Shown piece by piece: positions 14,601 through 28,031 of a stretch of DNA of 64,000 nt (positions are counted from its first letter, which is position 1; each line of letters begins with the position of its first letter). This stretch comes from Sphagnum compactum (lineage: Eukaryota). The translations under genes and the position numbers were made by a program. Where the stretch lies: positions 11,532,001 to 11,596,000 of the forward strand of contig OZ234494.1 in assembly GCA_965153455.1 (NCBI GenBank), written 5' to 3'. The notes beneath the pieces are model-generated. The model saw only the letters and a list, made by a program, of their open reading frames with translations, did not search any database and had not been told where the DNA came from.

Positions 14601-16200
14601 TATATAGTAATTAATGTAATTATTTTAATGTTATTATGTTTTAAAAATCGTCTAGGAATTATTATTTTAATAACAATTGTTAGTTCATTATTTATAATTT
14701 GAATTTGAATTTTTATGAAAAAAATATAGTATTTAATTTTTAAACATTAATTATATATTTATAATTTGACCAGATTTTTAAAAGTAATAAAATATTTTAA
14801 AATATTTTAGTTATTTATTTATCTATGAGTTATGTTTTGACAAGTTATGAATAACTAGATAGCTAGTTAGTTAAATATTAAGAAGTTATTATTTATTTAA
14901 GTAATTGATAACGAATTCTTCAAATTTGTAGTGTATAAATTATTTTTAAAATATATGTTAAGTTTAATTATTATTAATTGAATGATTATCTAATTATCTA
15001 GTGAGCCATGCACTGGAATTGTTTATGAATCTAAAAATTAAAGACAAAAGACATGAAAAAAATTTTGGAGTTGCAATTTAGTTTGTGAGGAAATTGTAAC
15101 TTCAAAATTTATCCAATATTTTTTGTATTCCATTCCTATTTTGAACATTATATAAACAAAGGGTCATTCAATTTCACATTAAGAAATTTGTGCACATGGC
15201 ATGGGCCAATCAAAAGACTTAACCCAAAATGAAAAAACAAATTATGCACAATTTTAAATTACCTACCTCCCCAACCTACTTATATACTTAGCTAGGTAGG
15301 TTCCTAGTTTAACCTACCCACCTAGGTCAACCTATATACCTACCTACCTAAATACTTACTCATATGAATAGGTATTTAGCTTAGGAAGGTAGGACCTACC
15401 TACACACCTTTTTATTTAAATAGATAGGTAGGTATATAGCTTAGGTTTGTAAGCACCTACTTATGTACCTACCAACATAATATAAATATTTTATATTAAA
15501 TTCATTTTTAAATACCACATGGAATATTTACATTGGGCCATGTGTCATAATATAAGATCGTTTAAACATTTGAATTGAACATCATAGATTATTTTAAATA
15601 ATAATATTTATCTTTTAAATAATTAAATATTGGGACATGTGGCAACACGTCATTTGCCATCAATTGTGACCAAAATAGTTGGATTTTAATAACATGTGAC
15701 AATACATATATAACGGAATCAAAGGATGAACTTGTATTTGTTGACTTTTTCTTTCATCTAATACATTTTGTTGTTTACAATTATTATTGCATGCAACTTG
15801 TCCAAGGCGGCTAATGAGATTTTAGTCACAAATGTCGCTTGCGACTAAAATTTAATCTCAGAAACCAATTGAAAATACATATTTTCTTCTAATATATCTA
15901 GTTAAAATTTCATATTCAATTACTTCTAATTCATAAATTACAATTATAAATTAAATGTATAGTCATTAATTAAATATTAATCAATAAAATAAAAAATTAT
16001 TAATTAATTGATATCAAATACATAAATAAATAAAAATTTATGATCTTTAATTAAAAGTTTGTCACTAATTAAATATGAATTAATTAATTAAAACTAGTTA
16101 ATTAATCAAATAGTTATTTATTTATCAACCAAAACCTTTTGATGTCAATGATGCTACATAGTTATAACTTCCTTTTAGTGTCCATATTAGCTACTTGATT
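8696..16200. repeat. Very AT-rich, degenerate non-coding repeat region (probable non-autonomous CACTA-type relics) with TACC/GGTA-rich low-complexity tracts
   Basis: Extremely low GC at about 12800-16100. ACCT/AGGT-rich blocks at 11490-12070 and 15260-15470. Scattered TTGCAACT-like motifs are shared with 17238-19601 and 51900-52680. No credible ORF. Confidence 0.5.
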
Positions 16201-16399
16201 TAGTCATAATTTCAACATTGGAATACTGGCATCAAGATGTAGGTCTTGAAACCTATTGAATTTCATTTGTTGACCAAAGATCCTTTTAATGAATTTGCAA
16301 GCTTGGAATAATGGACTAGACTACATCAAAATGTAATCATGATTGTGTAGTTGTTTTTGGCAACTAAATTTTTTCACAACATTCAAACTAAGGAGTCTA

Positions 16400-19300
16400 A
16401 CACTAATTTTGATGCTTACAAAGTTTCATTACTTCAAGCCATGGTTTGTCAAGAGGTTAATGGAGTGGAACACATGTTGTAAGTATCACACGGAACTCAA
16501 TGAACTGAGACTTGGTGTGAACAATATGAAGGTAGTGGGAAGGGATGTTCATAATCGTTGTGCATGTTCTTGTGATTTATGTAAATTAGCTTACAATGAT
16601 AGTGGGTGTGTTGGTGAGGCCCTCTTATGTTGCCCACATTAAGACATATGATACACTAATTTCAATATGGAGTTCAATATTGTGTTCCAAAGATGAAAAT
16701 TTAGAGTTCCACAAGAGGGATTGTTTCATGGGTGAATGCAAGATGTGTGGCATCTAGTTGCTCAAGGTATGTCCAACACAGTTATCTACTCACAAAAAAA
16801 CACAATGCATTAGTATTGCCCATCAAGTTGTGGGTATAGATGTTGATGGTCAAAACAAAAAGGTTAGCAAGGTTATGTATAATGATATGACACCTTTAGC
16901 ATTGATTGAGCACTTGAAGCCTCGCCTTTTAGCCTTTGTGGTACATAATTTTATAGCTCATTGGTAGGAGAAAGAATTTAAGTGATTCATGAATAACATA
17001 CCTGAGGACACGATGATTTCATGTATGTGATGAAAAAGAACATGACATGTTTGTTCAACATGCATTTAAGTTGCATTGGGAGTATTTCAAAACAAAGGGG
17101 TGCCAATCGAAGCAACATGTTGTTTGGAGTGATGGTTGTTCCAAATAATTTAAGAATGTTAGAGCTTGGTGCTTCTTGGAGAGGTAGCACAATTTCACGG
17201 TCAGTGAACAACTTCCATCTAGATGTCAAGTGTTGGTCACTATGAGAAATTACATTTATTGAAATCACACTACCTTACAACTAAAACTCAAAAAAAATTC
17301 ATATACAATTATTGTGCAATTACATCTTGGGTATTACAACTATTAGGCAATTATCCCCTAGAAATATGGTATATTAATAAATAAATTATCATGTCAAAAT
17401 TTCAATTAATTTTATTATAGTTGCAAATGAATTGAAAATGGGTATTTTATATGGTAATTAATAACATTGTGCATACATATATAGTCAACCATGTTTGACT
17501 TTTTTAGGAGTTACATTGTAATTACATGTGGCAACTACTTTAAAACTGTTGTAAACGTGCCATTAAAGCAACAATTATGTTGTAATTAGTGTACAATGTA
17601 CATACATGTGATCATGCCGTGTATTCACATTTCCACCACCCGTTATATGATGCATTTGTAATTAGTTTTCGACAATGATTCCCATTGATATAATTAGTAC
17701 GGCCACTAGTGCACCATTACTAAAATATTATTGTTCAACTATGTTATAACTATAATACAATTATTTATAACTCAATAAGGCTACATATTCATATGTAATG
17801 TTTTATAAAAACATATTGTTTCAATAATTTGATTATTAATATGAATAAATAAGTGTAATTCATATGATTAATTTTACATTAACTAACAAATTAATTACTC
17901 ATTAAATATTAATCAGATAAATGTTTATCCAAGTTGGGGATATTTCATAATGAATTAAAATTGATTATTTAAGATAATTATTAATTCATTAATAATGATC
18001 AAATCATTAATTATTTAAATTCATTAACTAATCAACTATTTGGATACATATAATTAATTTAAATGTGAAACTAAAAGCAATGTGTATATCATATTAAAAA
18101 TTCGATTTGATGTACATATGGATATGCTTATTTATATCTTCATGTTTTCTACCCAAATTCATAAAAAATATAAAAAATATAGTAATGAGTTATTTTTCAA
18201 TAAGTTTTAACTTATTAATTATTAAATAATATGTAATTTAATTAATTATTATGAATGAATTAATTAGACCAAAAATAATTATGAATTATAAATAGATTTG
18301 ATTCCTACAATTAGTTCATTAATTAGTTAGAATAAATAATATACATATTTTCAAAACTTCAAATGATAAGTTACTAAGTTATTAATCATCTGATAATAAA
18401 TTATCTAAAACAAAATAATTAAATATTTGAAATAAATATCAAATAAATGGATTAATTAAATTAATAGTTATCTATTTATAATAATTCATTATAATAATTA
18501 TTTTAATTCATGAATTAACCAATTATTTGAATTAAACTAATTAATTTAAATAGTTACATCATTGGTTAGTTGGTTCAAATAATCAATCCAAATGTTTAAT
18601 TATCATATATTTTATTCAAAAATTTATGTTTCAAATAATGATTTTTCATAAAATAAGATAAACTATTTTGATGATTAATTATATTTTAAAATTAATTCAA
18701 ATCATTATTTCAAATAACTAAATATTAAATGATTAATTCACATATTTAATTGTCATATAATCACTAATTTAATTTTATAATTTACATAATGAAAAACAAA
18801 CACAAAGTACGTGGGACAATCTTTTTGTGGTTGCAACTCAATTTGCAACTAAATAACAATTATTTCAAATTTAACCCATATGCTTTGTCTTTAAATCCCA
18901 TGTTATAGATTATATAAAGAAGGTTTGTTATCTTATGTTCTCACATTAAAATACATGTGCCATTTTGAGATGAATTAAGAAAAAAATTTAACCGTAAATG
19001 CAAAACGTAAAATTAAAAAAAATTCGTGACCATTCTTTAATTCATTAGTATTGTGTTTTCCTACTTATTTACCTACCTAGGCAAGTAAGTAGGTCCTACT
19101 TTTCTGCCTACCTATTGTTACGTACGAAGTACTAATGGTTATGTACAACCTACTTAACTATATATATATATATATATAATTCAAAATACGATTAATATGC
19201 CATGTGACAATTTTTTTATTATGCCACATGTCACAATTTCGAACCATCATTAACAATCATAATGGACAATGGAGATTAATATTTCAAAAAGAAAATTATT

Positions 19301-20620
19301 TTTATGTCCAAAAACTTTATAGTGCCACGTGTTAGATTTAATAGATGGATGACAATTAATGACGTCATCATGACATCATGAGTGCAGTAATAATGGAGTT
19401 GCATAATAATTGAAAATGAGTTGTTTTGACAAAGTTGCAATTAAGTTGCACTATATATACAGTGAGTTCCAACTCTGCAATTCATGCAACTTGTTTATTA
19501 GCATTCATAGCGTATAAATGCAGTAAGTTGCAAGTGTCTGGTGCAATTCAAAAAATTGAGTTGCAAGGCTAGTTGTAAAACACCTTTTTTTTTTCATAGT
19601 TGTGGAACTACTTTGCAGGTGGACATGGCAAGGGTGAAGTGGATGGAATGGGTGCTTTGTTGAAGCGGAAGCTTTGTAAGGAGTAGTTTAAACCACATGG
19701 AGTGAAGATCCAAAATGCCCATGAAACATCAATTTTTTGCAATCAGAGTCCAACAAGTGTCACATAGCTCATCCAACGTGCGAATGAAGGTTAACAAGAC
19801 CTTATTGGAGGTAAAGTTAGGATGATGTTGATAGAAGAAATGACTTTCATTGTCAAATTGTGGCAGGAACCCGAAAAATCAACCAAATGAGGTCTATCAA
19901 TTTTCGAAATCCAACAATGCTGCAATGTAGAAATGTTTCTTGCTTCTATGTTTCTTGCCAAGATTTTGCCTTAGGGATTTCATGTGAACAAGGACACAAT
20001 TATCTATCACATTGTTGTTTCTGATTTTGTGAGTTAATAGCTTTTGGAGACATGAATCGACTAGTGTTTCAGTTCATTACCATTTCTTTCCCATCTTTGA
20101 ATGCAGACCAACCATGTCTTACCTTGGCAACTAATATGATTGAAGCCCAACAATCCAACTAAAGTGCAAGATGCATTTCATCTTTTTGATAATGAAGTAG
20201 AATTTGGTAGTGGCGGGGGACAAATGCCAAAAAATGTTCAAGTAGGAGACAATGTGGTAGTCAAGTGCTCAACTTCAACTGATGAAGATTATTGGATTCT
20301 TTTATGTGACAAAGGGGCTACACATGATTGAACATGCTTGCACTAATAGTTGGGGACAAGATTAGGTCCTTGGGGATTGGGTCATCCAAGGTGTATAGTA
20401 TGAAAGATTCTGGCCATGCTACTAGGTCATACATTCTATTAGAGGATTTCCTTCCAACTTTTGTGTATTCTTATTTGATAATTGCTTCCAAATTCAGGAT
20501 GCCACATACTACCCATAATGTTAGAGGTTCTAATGCAACCTATGAACTAATGCCTGATGTGATTGGTGTTATTTAGCAAGGCTTGGAAGCTCATGTACTA
20601 GCATATGCAAATGAGGACTA
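16400..20620 (+). pseudogene. Decayed DDE transposase, Sola2-like, split by the insertion at 17238-19601
   Basis: Fragments in order: Cys-rich 'NTCCKYH', 'HKRDCFMGECKMCG', 'FVVHNFIAHW', 'VVWSDGCSK*FKN', then after the insertion 'WNYFAGGHGKGEVDGMGALLK' and 'SCFYVSC'. The SDG..QFK and HGKGxxDGxG motifs fit my recollection of Sola2-type transposases. Many stops and frameshifts. Confidence 0.65.
17238..19601. mobile_element. Non-autonomous AT-rich element with CACTA-type termini
   Basis: Begins CACTATGAGAAA and ends TTTTTTTCATAGT(T). It interrupts the transposase reading frame between ..CQVL and WNYF.. The TSD is not clean. Confidence 0.7.
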
Positions 20621-22316
20621 GTGCCAAACTATGAATTTTGTGTTGCTTGTAGGAGATGATGTACAAGATCAAAGATAGGGTGAGACACACTTGGATTTTG
20701 TAACTTTCCTTGAAGTTTTAACATTGATTATACATGCCAAATCATTTTGGTTTTGTTTGACAAAATGAGTCATGCATATTGTATTGGTGGTTTTACATTT
20801 TGCAAGTAGGATGTTAGTGATGTTGAATGCATGCAATTCATAAGTAAGAATATGAATTTGATGTCTACAGATTCGTTATAAAGGTTATATATACATGTGC
20901 AATTAGTCACTCTCAACAGTGAGATCATTTCACAATGGTGTTAAGGGCTAATGGACATTTTGACACGAATTGCATGGGGTTGAAGATGAAGCTACTAAAA
21001 TTTATCACTTGGCAACAGTCTGGTACTTGGTATGCAAATCAACATCTTGGAGTTTGGAGTCTTGAAAGAATACAACATAGGTGAGCAATATATGTTCTTT
21101 CCATTTGTTGAAAACTGGATTTCAACTTGCAATTTAGAGTATTCCTGATCCTTAAGGGTTAAATTCAAGTAGGACCCAAGGGAAACTCGTTCAGTGACTT
21201 CTATCTAGCTGAATTGCTGTTTTTAAGTTCTTTAAAAATTCTCGTCTCCTACGTCAATGTCTCTCTGCCTGTCTGTTTGCCTCCTTCATTCATTCCCTGT
21301 GGTCCTTGCAGTTGCAGGACATGACTTGTCAACAACTGCTTAGGGTTGGATATCCACCTTTGTAGCAAGACCATTTAGCACAAAAGGGTTTTTGTCCGTG
21401 AGTGTTGCAGTGGAGAGTGGTCCTTCTTCTATGACCACATCCTCTGTCCATACATTAAGTGGGGAGATCAACTATTTGAGAATTTTATTATTTCACTCTG
21501 TGGACAATTTTTCCACTCCCCTTGAAGAAATTATTGGCCTTAGATGGATAAATTTCATGAACCCTTGAGAAGAGCTTGAGATGGTGAATTGGAGATGAAT
21601 TTGAGATGGTGAAATTTTCTAGCTGGGTAATGAACTGTCAAAACCATGTAGGGAAATGGACTGGAATAGTACTACCAGGGAGCTGGCATAACCAAAAGTT
21701 GTTTCTTGTTTTCTATTTAGTGAACAACTTGCATTTGAACTTTATGAGGTTGCAATACCAATAGTAACAGTATTGCAAAGATTGTTTGTAATTCTTTTAT
21801 TAGCACTATTCTAGAAATGTATAAGGGATCTTATCTGCAAAAGTATTAGCTTGCACCTTGGATGCAGCTGGTTCTCATCATGTTAAACAAGTGACTTGAT
21901 CAAATAAGCCCATTCAATTAAATGTCTGTATATATGAAATTCGTTCAGATCCAGATTTTGGTCATGATCAATCAATGCTGAAATTCAGTTTCAAGTGCAT
22001 CCACAGATATTCAAACTGCATTCAAAGTACATTGTTTGAAATATGAACTTTATGTTCTTGTCATGTCAAAATCGACACATGCATTTTATCATGTTTATCT
22101 GTTAACATTACAGTCAGTGATGAAATGACTTAGCTTGTGTCTAATACCAAATGCCAAGGAAACTGCAAACTTTGTAAATCAGTACTGGTCTTTTGAAACA
22201 TTTAACAAGAGAAAATGTACTGCCAACATAGATGAATTACCTGGGCAATAAAGTGTTCTAGTCAAGTTGAATGCTAAATTGTAGTTTAAAAGTGCATCCA
22301 AAACTACATTAAATGT

Positions 22317-25220
22317 TCACTTAGTTGATTTATTTGACCTGGTTGTCACTTGGCCTATTACTTTGTTTGTTTCATCTAATTCACATGTGATTATAGTCTT
22401 TTTGGATGTTCCACCAAAAATGCGGCCTTTTGGTGGTTTACTGGCCATTGCAATTTTGGCATTTGCACTTGTTGCCACAGTAGTAGCTTTCACGCCATGA
22501 AGCAACTGGTTCAATAGCTCTTCAGAAGTGGTGATTGTCTTCTCTTGTGAATCACTTGAAGTTCCATGGGTAAGCTTCTAATTACAGATGTTGTGACACC
22601 TTGCTCAATGTTTTCTGGAACTGGGGCCTCTTCATAAGATCTTGAAGAGCTAAGAATGGTATTCCCATTTGTTCTCTTCCCAACATTAGCCATATCAGCA
22701 ACACCTGCAAAATCTGCACCAACATTAGCTATCTTGAACACAACTAATCAAAAGAACCTTGGAATCAAACTATGACCACACATGTTCCAATTCTATGGAT
22801 TGAGATAAGGGACATGTACCTGATTCAACATTTTGTGTGGGCTTTGCAGCTGGTTCTTTTATATCACATGTTGATTCATGGTTTTCACATGAGTCCAGAA
22901 GCATGCTCCTCTTGACTGAAGGTCCCTCTCATAATGTCCCTTTCCTCTTCAAAGCAGTAGGAGAGTTTGGACTGTTTGCTGTCATTGCCTTATCATCATT
23001 GACACTAATATCACCTTGCATATGGAGGGGTGACATTGCACTTGTTGTGGATTTAGTGGGTGAAGCAACAACAAGAGACTTTTTCTGCTGTAGTAGAGCT
23101 GCTCCATGTAGACCAGCAGGACTCCATGCTTGTCACTCTATGTCCTGTAAAAGAAAACACCCATGGAGCTTGTGTCGCCAAACTCTGTTCCTCTCACTTC
23201 TGATGTTTCTGCAACAAAAATAACATGAACATAAATTTTGTGGTAGAAAGAATAAGCAAACACCTACGGCATGTGGAAATCTAAAAACATATGAACACCA
23301 TTTTGCTTGATAAGACCAGTCAAGGTGAATGGCATGCCTTTTGGACTCAAGTACTGTCCAGATGTTACAACTTCTTTGACTTTCAGCATTTTGTCATCCC
23401 GAGCTTTTGCAAGCGTCATTTGCTTTGCAAGCTTAATCAATTCCTCATCAAGTTCTCCAAATCCCCAGCTTGTCCACCAGTCAGGATGAAGCTTCACAAT
23501 TGCAGATGCAACATTTGTTAGACTGTTTTAGCATTGCACCAAGGCAAAAAGGGTGGAACATGTGTTTGCAAGAAATGACAGCAACATCCATGCAATGAAA
23601 CCCTTCATTACAGTACCAACATGGTTTGAGACTAATGAAAGTCCTTCCACTTTCCTCACAAGGGGTCTCAAAGTGTAAAATGGGTTTAGGCTTGAACACC
23701 ATCCCAGTCCCTCTTTTCATTTCATCTCCAACTCTCCAACTCCCTTGTAATTGCCGCAACTGTGACATACACTTGTCCAACACTTGGTCCAGAATTTGAC
23801 ACTCAGTATTTGCCTCATCAAACAATGCTTGTCCTTGAATAGCCAATTTGTTGCTTATCCTCCACTAGAGTCTTAAATTTGTCTAATTGCCTCTCCAACT
23901 TCAAGGTATCCAACTCCCCTTCCTGGCATGCTTTTGTTTCTGTTTTGGGGTCTATTGATGTGTTCTCTGGTTGAGGCATATCCAAGCTAGCTGCAACATC
24001 CTGCACCTAACAGGCAGAAGCAAGTTATAACAATGAAATTGTCTGCAAACTTCTTAGTTTAATCTACAACAAAACTTCACCATTCACAAATGTTTTGTAT
24101 TACTTTAGCCTTTAAGATTCTTTAAATTTTTTGTATGTGACTTCAACAACACAAATAGTGAAGTTAGAGGTGTTGTCACTCCAAAATGATTCTCCTTGCA
24201 ATGAGATGACGAATGCATACTACCAAACAACTAATGAAGTAGCAACTGCACAACAGTAGCCAAGTTTGAGACAGTTGTCAAGGATTCGGCAACATTACAA
24301 ATTAACTTGAAACAAGATGCTGGAAAACATATTGAAAGAAAAGGGGCAGTCAATGAAATACTTGAGAGCTTACAAACTATTAGAAATTATCACCTTGTCC
24401 TGCAGCTGGTTTTGTTGTCCTTTGACCTTGAGAATTGATGCCTCAACTTCATGCATGTTATTTTGAACTTTAACAAACTCTGCCTTCTGATCCTCCATAT
24501 TGTAGGGCAGGCCTGCTAATCGCTCCTTCACCTCCTGTTTCTTCTCTTCTAGATGCTTCAACTGTGCCTTACCAATCTTTCTCATATCATTTTTGAAATC
24601 CAACAACTTCTCCACATCCTTCATCTCCTCCTTTGAGGTAAGCCTTGGAGGAAGATCCCCATCTCTTGACATCATGGCAATACTAGATCCCGAGCGTTGG
24701 GAAGATCAAATCCTTCTGGCCTCTCAGATCCAAAACTTCATTCAGATTTTTCTGTTGTATGGGCTTTTGGCAATGAACCTGAGCTTTGTCGTCATGCTTT
24801 CTCTGGAGCAGTGGCAACAGCAGCAATAGCTGCCCAATTTACTTTATGCCCCTTACCTTCTGCAATCCAGCCCCTCACTAACCAAATATACAGTTCATTG
24901 TGTGTGATATGGCCAGTGCCATATATCTTCCAATAAAGCTTCTCCAGTTGCTTTTTGTGATCCTCTGATAACAGTGGGTTGGTGGTTCTGAACTTACTCA
25001 CATTACCAAATATGTAAGTAATGTCAGCAGTTGTTACATGGTCATCAGTGATCTCTCCTTTAGGATCCAACCCTTCAGCTGGCAGCTTCCTGAGATCTTC
25101 AGAAAACTTTGCATCTTGGAACTTGTAATCCACCCATGGCCACTTGGGATACTCACTATCAATATCCCTCTTCCAACTTGGCCTTTTCTCATTTCCTTTG
25201 ATCTTCACCATGACCTGCAC
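22317..25220 (-). pseudogene. Broken multi-exon gene: N-terminal 'KVNWA' domain, coiled coil, RING-H2 zinc finger, low-complexity tail
   Basis: ORFs 24792-25220, 24370-24675 (coiled coil), 23818-24006, 23481-23846 (CWYC...CKHMFHPFC...CCIC, a C3H2C3 pattern) and 23264-23497 (LHPDWWTSWGF) join through a GT-AG intron (about 24392-24007) and single-base frameshifts near 23847 and 23498. There is a premature stop at 24792. Confidence 0.7.
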
Positions 25221-28031
25221 CTTGCAATTGGATTGTTAGTGTTGGATTCATGACTTAAGTAGAATGTCAGAATTTCAGACTCATTGACATTGGCAAGCAG
25301 ACAAGGACATATAGAAGGAGTGATTCATTGGTCAAGGATCTTAAACACCTTGTAATTGCATTGTTTCAGTAGTGAACTGTATAACTTCCTAACACCAACA
25401 TGTATGAGGAATAAGAATTTCAAGAAGGGATTTGAATCATTAGTAAGTTGTACTTACAGTGCTTAATTTAGCGAGTAGTCCTTTAAGGAAGTACCAGGTC
25501 CTGCGACAACCACTAATGTAAGCGGTGGTGTTCTTGAAATAAGTAATTAAGTAGCCAAGTTGCTTAATTGACTACTTAGCAAATAGGGCATTCTTTATCA
25601 AGCACACACAATTGCTTTGGCAAAGTGGTCAAGAACTTATGACCTGGGCGAAAGTTAATACTCCTTTTGTTAAGCACTTGGACAACCACAATGACTGAGG
25701 TGAGCACTTTTGTTGCTTAATATAAGCAAGTAAGTAACTGGGCTGCTTAACAAATGCTTATCAATTGGGGGTTTTCCTTACCAAGCAAATATTTGTTTTC
25801 ACAAAGTACCCTTGTAGTTATTGATGCCATGTGTATAAGGATAATGAACTTAAAAGAAGGTTCAAATGAAGTAATGAGCAAGTTGCGAACTTACTTGGCA
25901 AACAAGGAGTACAGGATTTTGGAAGAATACTTGGACTGCAACTTGAGCTGTCAAACTTGAAAACACCAGTGCTTTCTCAGAATGCTAAGCAAATGAAATC
26001 CCAAGCTGTAACTTGCACAAAAATGTGCACTGGAATCACCAATCAAAAAATTAGTAAGGGTAGATAACTCTAATCTGAAAGCAGGTACCCTGTCGTATTA
26101 ATGTCAGACCTTACTTCATATTTTCCAAATAAGCTCCACCTAAGTACTTGATGTTGTGGTAAAACAAGTGCTTCATTTCACACACTTTTGGTCCAACAAA
26201 TTGTGTTATTTGGCAATTGTACCAACTGTTTTCAAGATGAAAGCAAGCAAAGTCTAACAGAAAGAAAACTTGAAAGAATATTTAAGGTAGGAACTTGCCT
26301 CAATTATGCGAAACTGATGATGTTGATCTCATATTGGCCTTTCTTCTGGATTGCTCAAGATCCAAATTTGGACTCTCTTAAGACATGCAAAAATTCGAAC
26401 AATTTTTATCATTTACATGTGCCGCTTGCACTTTCAGATAATGGGCATCAATACATTTTCTCTCTTGCTATGAACTTGAGGATATCTGAATTCAAGTAAT
26501 AAGAATGGACTGTCAGCCTTTGTCCTACAACTGTTTCTTCTTGCATTGACTAGTTTTACATCCTTGGTACCAAGATCCTTTTGTTTCTTCTTATCCTTAA
26601 CTGGTCTACTACTTCCTTCACTTTCAAATTTGGACAGTGTTGGAACATAAACCTAATTTGTCATTGAGGTCCCCTGTAAATTGTTTGACAAGCATGAGAA
26701 CATCATGCAACTTCTAACTGCACACAAGTCTTTTCCAAACTGCTATCTTGTTTACCCTCTTCACCACTATGAGGACTTTCTGGCAGACTGAAAAATTCTT
26801 CAACAACTTGTCTGGTTTTGTATCGTTGCCTCTCCAAGCCAACTGCTTGTTCGTGTGTTGTGATCTACTCAAGGTCCGCCAGACTGCATCACTTATTTCT
26901 GAACTGCACCTGACTTTTGCACTTCAAGAGGCAAAAACACCACAAACCTACATAATATCACTATCAAGAAGCTAGTTCAATATAACTTTGTAAGTATTCA
27001 AACATCGTAATCCAAAACATTGGAACACTTTTAAATGTTTTAAAACTACAGATCACCCAAAAAAAAGAAGCTTATTCTTACTTAGGATGAACTCAGACTA
27101 TACAGTTCAACAGAACTATTTCAAAATGGAGAGTGCAGGCCCCTTGAAAATATCAATGAAGAATTGTACACTTTGTCAGGCTACCAATCTATAACCATTG
27201 CAGAACTAGCATAGCCTTTGAAACTGTGCTCCAAACACATTTGTTCTCACCGCTCAACTAATTTTGTGCACTTCTGGCTGTTGTTGGTTGTATTAAATCT
27301 CACCTGCAGCCATAACAGAGTTGCCCACAAACTTCTCATTTAGCTAGCCCAGAAACCTGCAAGCTTTTGCAAAAACTTACAAGCCAAAAATTTAAGGGTT
27401 ACATGGTGGCTTGTTGAAATGTAGAAAATCACTATAGAGGAAAAGTGCACCTGGAATTCGAAGCTCCTTCACAACAACTTGCAAGCTCTGGGTGTTTTCT
27501 TAATGACTCACAAACTCTCAAGGTCCTGACTGCCTATCATTTCTACAAGTTTTTCAAAGGAGACACAAGTTTATGTCTGATGTTTGCTTTACTGTGACAA
27601 AGACCGATATTAAATTTGCAACATTGACCTAGGAACGGAAGTGGCACATAAACACTCATGTCTCCCCACACACGCAAAATGCACAGGGAAGTCTGTCACC
27701 AAGTTTGAATATTTTTCATTCACATCCTTCCAGAACAACTGATCAAGACAGTCCACTTAATGCATGCCACATAGCTCTGCAAACAAGAATTAGTCCTTCC
27801 CAACGACAGTAGCCTTGCTCATACTCGCTCATTATATAATGAATGTACCCAGGAGACTGCTTGTGCAAATCTAGCACAATTTCAGTGTAAGTGTGGCTTT
27901 GAAACCAAAGTGATTCTTTCAAAATCTGCTCTCAATTTCTACTATTGGAAAGTCCAGCAAGTTAGGCTTTCTTCTCGTCTAAATATTTTTCCACTTCTTA
28001 CAAATATTTCACCCACTTCAAACAATAATAC

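Noticed and set aside
25260-25820. Possible small CACTA-like element with GCTTAA-rich repeats
   Set aside because: Matching termini and a TSD could not be defined.
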